Source: Cytophagaceae bacterium (lineage in GTDB: Bacteria > Bacteroidota > Bacteroidia > Cytophagales > UBA9547). Taken from it: 64,000 nt of DNA. The DNA is taken from the NCBI GenBank assembly GCA_027488865.1, contig JAIYAU010000058.1, forward strand, positions 2,724-66,723. The letters are read 5' to 3'. The translations under genes were made by a program, and so were the position numbers. Position 1 is the stretch's first letter; every line of letters starts with the position of its first letter. Positions 21,001 to 24,290 of this stretch are shown one piece after another. The notes beneath the pieces are model-generated. The model did no database searches and was not told where the DNA came from. It saw only the letters and a list, made by a program, of their open reading frames with translations.

Positions 21001-21718
21001 GATAGGCACGTTTAGGGTCTGTAGGTTCGTCGGAATTATCAGAACCAAGTTTACCATGAAAAGAGTTGGTAGAGGCATCCAGTATATTTTGTCCGCTAGG
21101 TTCATCAAAATGGTACAAGGCAATAGTATTAACATCTGAGTTAAAAAAATTGGCGGGTGTAAAATTACTAATGTATCGAGAATTATCAGAAAGACGGAGT
21201 TCATCTATTTGACCTCTAAAATATTCACCTAAGGAGGATGCGCCTATTTTAGCTATCCCTGAATTAGGAGAGGCACCACCTGAACCAGTGACAATAGGAC
21301 CAATTATAATACCGTCAATAAAAAAGTAACAATCCCCAAATTGTCTTACTCCTGCCACATGATGCCAAGCATTGTTCAACAAGCTGGTTCGGGCAAAACT
21401 TTGTGAAACATAAATAGTTCCATTGCGCCAAAATCGGAATTGCGCTGTATTATTGTCTACACCAAAGATTCCAAACTTAATGCCATTAATACCGTCTTCT
21501 TTTGAATAAATACATTGAAATTCATTTGCTCGAAGGCTGTCCATCTTTATCCAAGCCTCTGCAGTAATAGTACCAGTAGGCAAATGCAATTGACCAGATC
21601 CAGATAATTCTACCTTATCATTTACACCATCAAAATATAAACCTTGGTTACCAGCAGGTTGGGCATAAACAACCGTGGCCACCAGTGAAAAGAAAAGGAT
21701 TGTAAATAGTTTTTTCAT
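1..21718 (-). CDS. Giant secreted multidomain adhesin-like protein, partial (C-terminus beyond window edge; at least 7,239 codons). Contains signal peptide, at least 13 LamG/ConA-like lectin domains, 6 right-handed beta-helix segments, Ig/FN3-like domains, IPT/TIG, a 7-blade FG-GAP propeller and a Gly-rich Pmp-like region
   Basis: ATG at 21718-21716 is followed by MKKLFTILFFSLVATVVYA|QPAGNQGLYFDGVND. The same minus frame (first codon base = 1 mod 3) was hand-translated at more than 15 checkpoints and always gave domain-like sequence. Examples: LDEVRIWNVERTAAQI (~17.23 kb), GSLRQAINDAN (~14.64 kb), GDFNGDGKLDL (~10.42 kb), MDEVRIWNRALCQTEI (~7.31 kb), IDEVRIWNTERSPVEI (~0.72 kb), LWVKPEEGTRSVLFGKFNF (nt 58-2). 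The track lists no closed minus-strand ORF in this frame, which fits an ORF running off the window. Confidence 0.85.
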   Translation of the reverse strand, partial: MKKLFTILFFSLVATVVYAQPAGNQGLYFDGVNDKVELSGSGQLHLPTGTITAEAWIKMDSLRANEFQCIYSKEDGINGIKFGIFGVDNNTAQFRFWRNGTIYVSQSFARTSLLNNAWHHVAGVRQFGDCYFFIDGIIIGPIVTGSGGASPNSGIAKIGASSLGEYFRGQIDELRLSDNSRYISNFTPANFFNSDVNTIALYHFDEPSGQNILDASTNSFHGKLGSDNSDEPTDPKRAYRVTNTLEDALAANPPTGSFRNAIKLSNSDLTKSYIDFSIPATDPNYVSGVATITLENKVVITEDSLFIDGYSQFGSKPNTATTTDNSTHTIEISGLLGVDNGIDVGINGRAIFRGLAIYGFSATCFDIASSGNFIKGCKINAKADGTVVNALGNGISIYGINNSIGTNLNADRNLIYANASNGILLTANNNRVVNNFIGLNNDGLSSSLTTFDAVGIYINAANSLVSNNYFAGLDYAIMVKGLSSDNNTFYNNRIGVGTDNTISVPNNNGISLESNRNLVGGIGAGEPNIIAYGYFDGVYVEPTGVQNQIRGNKIYCNVNAGIKLTGAANDNQAPPIILTATTTSITGTAAIGDVVDIYLDGSGCIPEQGTNFVGTTLTDGSGNWTFTGTFNLGDNVTAIATSLSNNSSSFSAAKPVVNAVVIPTTQPAGNQGLYFDGVDDIATFGTIPSTDNLTIEFWLKPMLNNNNSYIISNLPSLGSNGVSLEINNYSTLRVSFGPEIGRQLYDDVPGVIEMNKWVHLALTYDDQGILKVFKDGSLIFTKTGLSGAVNSPNPLILGNIDFGRNVPAKMLVDQLRVFYLTRGDADIASDMLTQGPIGAEAYFEMDEGVGQTLINSGIVGGDGYLGNTIGLNSSDPLHALRVTNTNESGLESFRGVINQANTLAGKNYIDFSIPTSDPNYSAGVWTIQSFIGSPSNVTEEAVIDGYSAFGASVATAAVPANIVIQLDAPVANNTLQLNSVLPTTVRGLSIAQSVSSGLGALWLSGVAGHVIEGNYIGVNAAGTASYPSASSTALVIQGSSNNIIGGASPAQRNIISGALTGIRIDGSTSSNNTILGNYIGVQANGTSPLGNLGEGVLINPFSSGQNNNIGNGLASGANIIAFNGYGIAVTSTGSVNNRFSNNFIFGNISSGILLSNSSNSAITPPDITSASSVLISGTCGNADVVEVYKDSPQSGLTNQGRIFLGTATTTGSSWSFAGAFTVGDRITTTATNVLNNTSEFSAAKVVTPSGPQNFRAYAVKNPSGQNYSILTHWNPMPGAVSYDLFFKQLGPGIFTALTTVDTTYTIPALALNDQPYVFKVVAFDGTTYTPFSDSMVVVPTLESGRAGVFTGSATSYLENQGADLSAITDQLTVEAWFKTSSINNQKFVSLSRLGGGSLPTDFSFVLGSINTTLYHEVFVNNGSIVEQKGFGNATRFKSNEWHHTALTFRSGGLIQIYLDGQMVESMVAPTGVLNVTNVLQLGNGFGWVFSGELDEVRIWNVERTAAQINAAKDKPAVGNEPGLLVLYHLDEPSGSVAFNNSKLANNLTWVGSHNSITSKALYPYTDTLMARGSLDGDSVYLNWTTNIATDIKEFRIYQSQSAVINTAVSPVAVVTNPLATSFGLGGYSTCDTLWFGVVAVDNSGQVGPLFHVDSAVVCPTCNPLIVTTDTDDYPLSGGQCGDLRRAINYANTKPGKDTITFDLQFPGNKIVFLDYSLPAITEGLFIDGRSQPGYIDNTDSNSVATIPQIILNGINKSFDGLTVTHPSGTRGKVTINAISFINFDKGINITNTIDTVTVEGCFIGTADGGLAQGNTVGVVVSSLLSNGIYIGGGSAKDINIISGNVQDGILLSNATRTALIRNFVGVDRTGAAAMPNGVGVTVKSSDFNNIGFGMAGFRNVISGNLGYGLHLMDGDNNTVVNNYIGTSSNGLLSVPNGDQGIWLTPNGGSVDANQIGNKNGTFPNIIANNVGAGIQIDGPAVNSRIFGNTIRSNQAGGIVIKDASSLSNFIYRNSIFDNAIKGISLLTSANNNKAKPVITSASISTISGTCTAGDSIVIYSNAAPYATNTKAQGKTFLGKVFASGTTWSLSGTFTLGDSVTATAVDAARNTSEFSAAQPIIPLVLPTQPVGNRGIYFDGVDDVLNMPTSAALDFAGNSNFTVETWVKVKDLNGYYNIATKQAGGFGQVKFVFTIINDGSINFATDNAASLGWEYGQTPPSLIEPNKWTHLAFVSNGGVKQIFVNGVEQTVTLTGVINSQLSATVSSSPWTFGTAAGGWGGGHFSGQLDEIRIFSAARNSAQIQLDMGSTLPNGAVAYWNFEESNGLTTTSQPIGFDATLSNGILRALRVTDNTDLGTAGLGSLRQAINDANTDADQDYIDFSIQQTVAGIGGVQNININSAILSVINPVFIDGYSAFGSSSNTLNVGNNANLRIQLDFAGLGLNTGLELKGISNSIVQGLSLINKSGVAGEHALGINTASSNITVQGCWFGIAASGTPASNYNNININSSQILVGGSTPASRNVISNAQFNGVVVSGTNNSVVNNYIGTNPNGTSALLNGIAANGPNGGRGIWFETASNGLIQGNVISGGIIPIRFTTNSNNNKIIGNLIGLQPDGVTALGNLREVQVLSGSSNNTFGGINASDANIFANSTTLAILLDGSSTNGNRIVRNSIYDNNGGISLTSGANANKSKPIVTSATPSLVSGTCTAGDSLEVFANTIPYPANTKAQGKTFLGRVFSTGTTWSLPGTFNLGDSITAIAMDASKNTSEFSAARAIIPLVLPTQPLGNRGIYLEGNPTAGSNLVTATAVSNAIDNVTLEAWVKLAKLPTGLAFVAYNGNSSANGYGIYIDPTGNASIFIAGLGGVNFTAPIELNKWTHIAIVKNGNWDLYINGVITPYVPSWPQNSSPVPPTGSLVIGNGFGETNGFPGQLDEVRIFNTARTSAQIQLDMGSTLPNGAVGYWNFEELNGNVATDISGNGNSATFVHTPLRALRVTDNTDVGTAGLGSLRQAVNDANTDADTDYIDFSIQQANLTAVSTINGGANPTITAINPVIIDGYSAYGSSTNTISKGTNAELRVNLTRSGGDVITIASAGSIIKGLAFYTSAGSISNIKLGGTGQHKVLGCFVGTNTLATTVPGINSNVRGITIDAGSNNNQIGDTSLSSRNLISGNEEGMFINGNGTRVYNNYFGTQKDSATVLGNTFSSALIGGNNTLFGGISTREANITTAGVRALYVYPGAINNSFRGNRSYGHAVMTIDLNPNATTANDVIAGSEDNDAGPNNLQNSPEFTTILGMPNGDLSGKVRVRTRTSNAAYPLTIDLYQSDATGNSKNYLGTVNYIGTSALSYIDFNLTPLSKIVAGNTIVAAVTDALGNSSELSAAKVVQVPPIITSFTPTSGIVGTPITINGLNFNPSGPNDVYFGAVKVVGTANPAGTSITVNVPQGASSLAPIIVRNNANGLQVSSNESILGTGTRVFTVTNTPTLTPNYNRTDIGTGLQAYQIETADFNNDGKTDFAYADGANNRVGFYIGNGDGTFVGPTYVTVGNTTRSLAIADFNGDGFQDLAIAREATNNGIDIWLWNGTNNFTLKGNYSVGAILPRDVKVADINKDGLWDVVTANQGMGSNNISILFGDGTGALGTASTNALISSPINLAVGDFNGDGYPDVASSNNVTSTVRLFSGNGTSIFTNLIIKSLLPFGSDPFSTIAADIDADGDQDIITAAVNTNNIVKLKGDGTGNFPNPISADSMYVGGQIYPNALKYGDFNGDGKLDLGFGNYTGNVAGIMLGDGPGNFAKPLNFGVVNAPSSMAIGDFNGDGKTDFITGNSKLSVMLFAALPPVATAATNVTKSSFLGMWKKYPGATSYELSVSTSPTFLTQPTGYPKTGITDTFDVVTGLTANTIYYYRVRAFDGTSYSPVSNTKMTSTILPPGSGNSITLDGVNDYVDLGPGYADFTNGLTMSIWIKPTNNATFARLFDLGNGASQDNIMLFRNAGAPTVGFYMYNGGVLSGQMPAGANSLVLNEWQQIVLTIDPSRTVKIYRNGILRNSTVISAMPINVLRNNCYIGKSSGPDPYLQAGIDEATIWNRALTEAEIQAIMCKKLKGDELGLVYYDRFDENTGAITENKAKRSTTDGVLVGSPTWAISGAPLGDVSTSLYNTGSSVTLLDGDNFTAKGFSLAAEQGIQVYKVNEAPNSILRGAGMDSLQTSRYFGVFPVNITNYKATYDYNVNTKINGRSYEGSASMASRVDNAATIWNSLGGATLAKPLADTMGIPSQTARAEFLAAFVQPGAALDFDGVNDVVNLPPSSGLNFSGTDNFTFEAWVKTDLAGNASIASFRTNGCGGNQTGFSVVAGRPLMYVDATCADIYTVNTTLQTVSPNVWTHLAYLYRNDGSISIYVNGVEQAVTTNGPRSTIWSGLGNIWVLGKVHQIYGGLGVENVPTSLDEVRIWNRAICQVEIQNNIGATRLRNKNGLVTHYSFNQGIAGSINAGLTVLKDSVGTNDGNVSGFNLFGNTSNWIAPGAVKSDSLAPILSQPIIQVRGNKILIANKDFTPTIIDSTDFGLSGGLIKRSFTIYNKGNSILNITNTSFSLGTSFAVLSSPASIAANDSAKVVVRFNPATGSATDTLKIASNDCAIPVFKFLVKGNALGAALDFDGVNDVVSIPHKTELNAFPLTVETWFKAPNDNGGCYYGLVNKYGSNDNNGWSLFRVNGDIAGFYYADVNNYLSFKTTGGTTNDGAWHHAALVVDNSGGRLYIDGVLKISQAWTGSPSPTTSTKDVSLGNYPNDVQTYCTSASNIFKGSMDEVRIWNRALCQTEILNNIGATKLPASSKVGLLAQYSFNQGIANGINTTITAVKDSLGTNDGTISGLALSGTTSNFIAPGAVKSDSLAPVILKPLIQVRGNKTIISHRDFTPSILDSTDFGLSGGLIKRSFTIYNKGNSVLNITNTSFSLGTSFAVLSSPANIAANDSAKVVVRFNPATGSASDTLKIASNDCAIPVFKFLVKGSALGAALDFDGVNDKIISNNLNLVDFGTNPFTVEAWFKTSDTKDQVIFSNRYDASNGNFFNVQINSGTIVLEIDGGSYKNGITSTTYNDGNWHHVAISRDGLKTDLIIDGNLVKSVINTTVANVTRNFGLLIGFRYANGVEVGFFKGQMDEVRVWNRALCQAEIQRYIGATKLPASATGLLSHYSFNQGVAGVDNSGSVLLKDSVSTNDATLFGFNLNGATSNWVYPGAVKSDSLAPIFTQPVIQLRGNRSVIANADFSPALSDSTDIGVSGNLLNASFKIYNKGNSVLNITNTSFSLGTSFSLLSSPTSIAVNDSAKVVVRFNPATGSASDTLKIASNDCAIPVFKFLIKGNALGAALDFDGVDDVVIINKTLGNVGTGDFTIEMKIKTNSNDMYLLSKRSICNNDNLIQMTIEGGTARFAVIEDGLGNNTKEISTTATINNNVWHHLAVTRSGGIVSMYVDGIFQTSDLAIANINNNYNFEIGTSVCVGVNPLSRFKGQMDEFRFWNRALCASEIDNNRNCEKPGNQTGLLARYDFNQGIAGANNVGLSVLKDSVGTNDGTLNGFDLLSATSNFVAGSPIVSGSKCAPLVAGINTINVTTLADAGAGSLRQAIINANLACDSSVINITTAGTITLASSLPAITKSMAIVGNGAIVSGNNLYSVLVVNNAKVNISNLTIADGLAKGGDGGNSIQTGAGGGGGAGLGGGLSVIGTSSIVNLKNVNFNKNKAIGGNGGNTSIWTVGGAGGNGGLGSLSIIAGTPGNGSNSVDPGNPGENGGLFSGGGGAGNPISSGNTKGGDGGLFAGGGGYGIRTDGNANCPSVPGLSGQFGGNGGNSCGGSNSNGGGGGAGLGGALFVYEGNVTIDGVNFVDNYAAGGVGGNNANNGEGKGSAVFVHAGATLVTTGTNTFNGNIALNGLCATTDNKAYYNPNSGAPTIIPAQASYNLKLAAPHTITQASLEWNYCGTESITNYILERSVGDTTNYSVVTSQLSSTFVDNNLTPNRTYFYRVKGQTQYGSSGEYSKLIVSTFKKPGSGTALQFDGVDDYVKFDAFDGNFPNGFTLSLWANPTMSDYARFFDMGNLPSSDLVFFGRNGLSDDLIFQLGNDINGYATLVAPVSIKNGSWNHYAAVYDPANSAFSIYVNGVRVESAELTGALANVKRTSNRIGRSSSVGNVPYKGLMDEPTIWSKALTTAEIQQYMCQKLKGNEPNLLLNFRFDEGIGYGTENSAININNAYLINSPTWVTSGAALGDVSTSIYNAGSSVTLTDGSKFTVKGFNLSSAQNGVQVYKVNEAPNVLAKGLGIDSLQTKEYFGVFPVNVANYNATYEYATNTKINGRPYESSASMGTRPDNTGLVWTSLSGASLANTIADTIGIPSQTARAEFMPAFVQKGAALDFDGVDDNIIIPNGSPAWNLEANFSVEMWINPRVLGSQILTYNNGCNGGCAAWTTYIGTELTCAGDFIGLADRINFSAVQGSGINLSSDLPPVLNTWTHVAVTYDGLDFKMYVNGILQSTIIRKIGVTIPASSNRFIGIEDRCGLKRGPFNGKLDEFRIWNRALCQAELQNNMGAERLRDKTGLTAQYSFNQGMAGGANGTITTLVDSVVNGIDGTLVGFSLNGNSSNWIAPGAVKIDSLSPILPLPSLELRGNQTVVLANDLVANGNDSTDFGAVYSPASRIFKITNKGAAPLVVNTIIQTNSKHFTASFAPPGPVAANDSIDLIVTFKGDTIGLQLDTLSIVSNDCNNPIYRFAVQATGLQPQKPCATAGNGSVTLTWPAISGVTKYTVVYDIDSNSTTPQAIDIAAPNITITGLTNNSTYYFRVSADGGIMSKAVAVVPVVESGKAVRLNGQYIYNDKFAQNGITNELTVEAWFKTGTLANQKIVSLSDVRIPSSNFYFVLGTNSDGSIYNEIWESDGTPHQFAGETFYKLNQWHHLAITYKAGGTYKHYLDGQEVKSIPVGNNPVRINPTNNYLNVGGGFGFLFDGEIDEVRIWNTERSPVEINQNKDVPLTGSEAGLVLLYHLDEPSGNVAYDATCNGNNGSIVGSAVAVNSKALHPFKPTGLATTGSAITWDPNIATDVASYTILKKSGATYDSVGTILPNSAYTILPACTTQVYKVYAIDNAGQKGAVSDSIVVLPSSSLNNGLVAYYPFDGDSKDLITNIDGVITGGVTSTFDRKGTPNGAYQFNGTDGFIDTKQDISWPSTQSFTYALWVKPEEGTRSVLFGKFNF
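3960..4660 (-). repeat. Gly-rich low-complexity region with GGA(L/I)-type and FxxN-type motifs (polymorphic-membrane-protein-like repeats) inside the giant ORF
   Basis: Translation gives QTGAGGGGGAGLGGGLSVI (~4600) and NGGGGGAGLGGALFVYEGNVTIDGVNFVD (~4100). The region is preceded by ADAGAGSLRQAIINAN (~4870). The Pro-rich plus-strand ORF 4311..4619 in the track is its antisense shadow. Confidence 0.6.
5400..8850 (-). repeat. Three to four tandem coding repeats of about 1.06-1.09 kb; each unit is a LamG-like domain plus an ASH/choice-of-anchor-D-like Ig domain
   Basis: The string ccccatcaaaatcca recurs at 5611, 6667, 7753 and 8833. After the first three copies, the next ~300 nt are about 90% identical. 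Translation of 7741-8160 gives FGLSGGLIKRSFTIYNKGNSILNITNTSFSLGTSFAVLSSPASIAANDSAKVVVRFNPATGSATDTLKIASNDCAIPVFKFLVKG. The LamG halves (MDEVRIWNRAL at ~7310, ~6245, ~8390) are much more diverged. Confidence 0.8.
10240..11580 (-). other. IPT/TIG domain followed by seven FG-GAP/VCBS repeats (integrin-alpha-like 7-blade propeller) inside the giant ORF
   Basis: Translation gives PPIITSFTPTSGIVGTPITINGLNF (IPT-like, ~11.56 kb). Seven Ca-binding-type motifs follow at about 155-nt spacing: ADFNNDGKTDF, ADFNGDGFQDL, ADINKDGLWDV, GDFNGDGYPDV, ADIDADGDQDI, GDFNGDGKLDL, GDFNGDGKTDF. Confidence 0.7.
11950..21660 (-). repeat. Five-fold coding super-module (about 1.9-2.3 kb each): LamG-like domain, then parallel beta-helix, then Ig-like domain
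   Basis: Module junctions read TQP(A/V/L)GN(Q/R)G(L/I)Y(F/L)(D/E)G at ~21660, 19725, 15340 and 13370. Helix openers of type GSLRxAIxxAN occur at ~20940 (GSFRNAIKLSN, read less carefully than the others), ~19050, ~16680 (GDLRRAINYAN), ~14640 (GSLRQAINDAN) and ~12700 (GSLRQAVNDAN). Modules at 15.3 and 13.4 kb are about 75-85% identical by eye at nucleotide level. Confidence 0.7.
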
Positions 21719-22148
21719 AGGAAAATCGTCTATGGCTAGTATTTTATATGTATGTTATTCCAAGAAAACCTCTTGAAATTAATATTAATAGTGTTAATAA
21801 GAATCAAACTAATATCGGAAATACAGCTGGAAAATGGTGTAAAGCCACCTAACCAAATTGTACGAAGTTTTATAAAAGTTATATGTAGTGACTTAATAAA
21901 AGCACTAAAACTTTGAAATAACAAAATCAAGACAAAAAGAGGATGTCTCATAGCTAATTAGAAGTAAATAAGAAAATTGTAAAGTACATTTCTCTTACTT
22001 ACAAAGATATATACTAAAATTGAGAAAATTGTCACCAAGCATAATAAAGTTTGTTCAATAAGAGGAAGTTAGTTGTGAAAAGAGAATGGTTCGTCTGAAT
22101 CACAGATTTACATAGATGTCACGGATTAGATGTGCATGGTGAATGGTT

Positions 22149-22180
22149 GTCTGAACTATGATTTTTTTGATTTAGGTGAT
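22149..22180. repeat. 32-nt sequence identical to 30501-30532; the two copies bracket the tandem paralog pair
   Basis: gtctgaactatgatttttttgatttaggtgat is present at both coordinates. A degenerate partial copy (gtctgaatcacagattt) lies at ~22093. Confidence 0.8.
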
Positions 22181-22189
22181 TGACAGGAT

Positions 22190-22259
22190 GGATAATGGGA
22201 TAATTGATAATTGATAATTGTCAATTATCAACTTTCAATTATCAATTATCAATTATTCC
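22190..22259. repeat. AT-rich heptamer-based imperfect palindrome directly downstream of the stop of gene 22265..26113; possible terminator hairpin
   Basis: ggataat-gggataat-tgataat-tgataat-tg | tcaatta-tcaactt-tcaatta-tcaatta-tcaatta. The arms are largely complementary. Confidence 0.6.
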
Positions 22260-24290
22260 TTAACTTACTCTACCACTACCTTATGCACTTTGCTGCTGTA
22301 GGGGTTGGATACTTTTACGAAGTATACACCTTTCTCCAAGTTGCTTAGGTCGATGCTGCCGTTGCTGGTGCCTGACTGTTGTAACTGGCCTGTCGCAGTG
22401 TGTATCTCGATGTTTGCTGTGCCTTGCAGGCCTTGGATGTAGATGGTCTTGGTAGCTGGATTGGGATATAGTGATAAGCTTCCTGTCTCTAAATCCTGAA
22501 CTCCTGTTACTGCTTCGCTCTCTTCTACTCTTAAGCTACTTACTTCTCCGTTTACCACAGCTACAAAGCTATTGAAATCGTCTTTGGTGATAGCCGTTCC
22601 GCTGTTCTTGGCCAAGTAGATGTAGGCAATTGGTTCTTTGGTTTCTACAAGGTCCTTTAATACGTACGTAGTGGCCATCAAACGCTGTGCGGATGGCACA
22701 TTGTTGCTCATGCTGGCCATTTTATGACTGATCGGCTGTGCGATATCGTAACCTGTTACGTTGAACTTGCTTCTGTCATAGTCCCAAGCGAAGTCGATAC
22801 CTGCACTTGGTCCGTTGCTCTCGTAAGAAACTGGGATGGCCACGTATTGGTCGTTTGCTGAAATGTCTTTCAAAGACAATACCAACACATTAGAAGGTTT
22901 TTCTGTACGCAAGGTAGTTCCGTTGGTGGCAAGCCATGAGCTGTTTACATCTCCTAGAAGGATGGCATGGTAAGTTTGATCCACTGTAGTAGTTCCACAG
23001 GTGCTCAAGTCTGCTGATACAGGAAGGTAAGCAGGCACTGCTGGAACTTTAAACCTAGTGGCTGTGGTAAATGGTGTGGTAGTCAACAAGGTTGCGTCAA
23101 CAAACAACCAGTCTTTTGACTTGGCATAAGGTACTTTGGCACTTAGGATGCCGTTTGCATCTGCTTCGTAGTTCCAAGACTGTGGGAACTCGCAATTGTA
23201 TTGGTTTAAGCCACGGGAAGAGATAAGTGCAGCATCACCAGAAGTTACTCTGCCATCTAGGTTCACATCTGCTGCCAATAATTGGAAGATGGTTGGGGCT
23301 GTCACGACGCCGTTGGCGATTTGTGCGGCGGTGGTTCTGTCTGCGGCATTGATGACTGTGGTAATGTTGGCACAGCTGGCAAAGGCTACACTGGCATCGC
23401 CCAAGACATCACGGCTGAGAGTGAGGGACTTCAAAGTGGCATCTGGTACGGTAAAAAGGCCATTGGCATCCAGTGAAGGGCTTGCCAATGCTGTTCCTGT
23501 GGCATCGGTCGTGCTATAAGGGGTGATGGTGGTTGGGTTTTGCCCAGTTACACCGCTAATCTTTTTGGTAGCTGTCTCTCTGTATTGTATTTGACCATTA
23601 AAAGCTCTAGTAAAGTTGAAGGCACCTGGCACTACTGGACAAACCACATTGGAAGTAAACAGCTTGCTCTCGATCAGGTCAGAGGTGCTGAAGCTAGAGA
23701 GGGCTTGGTTGGGAGCTACACCTGTGTTGATCCTGAAATTGACATTGATTACCACTCCATCACCACTGAAGAAAGTGTTTGCAGGAGCACCATTAAGGTA
23801 CAAGCCAACGCCTACCTTACCAGGAGTACTGCTGTTGAGGTCGAAAGTAGCAAAGGTGGTAGCTACTGGGCCTACTGTTGCGGTGCCTGTTGGTGTTACC
23901 TTGGTGTCATCGTATAACAGGTCAAAATCAAGAGCGATGAGACCTGAAGCGATATTGCCTACTGTTTTTACTGGAACACTAAATGTGCCAGCTGGGGTAC
24001 AAAGGACGGTTTGTGGATCTATTTTGTATTTAGAGGTCTCTACTGTGCCTGTGCCTGAGGTAGTGCCTGTTACTGTTAAAGTACCACAACGGATGATTTT
24101 TCCGTTGTTTATTAGGTTACCAGAAACTGCTAGTGTAGTGCCTGAGGCAATCGTTAGTGTTTGCCCTGCATTGATGGTGAGGTCTTTGGCAGTTAAGATA
24201 CCGTTGTCTAAGGTGCTGTAGTTGCCGTTGATAATGGCATCGGTGGCAGCGTCTGGGGCTGAAGGTGACCAGGTGGTGCCGTTCCATGTG
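22255..24290 (-). repeat. About 2.0-kb block roughly 95% identical (by eye) to 26442-28477; this is the 3' coding half of paralog A
   Basis: Direct comparison of the two stretches at an offset of 4187 nt. The encoded C-terminal ~675 aa differ at only a handful of positions. Confidence 0.8.

Noticed and set aside
1704-21204. About 30 short ORFs (60-151 aa) listed in the track inside 1-21.7 kb. Most are plus-strand, including Pro-rich 4311..4619 and the repeated 5403..5858 / 6606..6914; four are minus-strand (4219..4425, 12031..12279, 15451..15672, 20995..21204).
   Set aside because: They are antisense or off-frame shadows of the giant minus-strand ORF. Their mutual similarity just mirrors the coding repeats on the other strand, and their compositions (Pro-rich opposite Gly codons) are typical shadow artefacts.
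21736-21951. 71-aa minus-strand ORF just upstream of the giant gene
   Set aside because: It lies in the probable promoter/leader region of the giant gene and has a low-complexity, AT-driven sequence.
22002-22009. TATCTTTG (minus strand) as a possible -7 box for the giant gene
   Set aside because: It matches TAnnTTTG, but the nearest -33-like TTG is 26 nt away. It would also imply a ~280-nt leader, so it is too weak to call.
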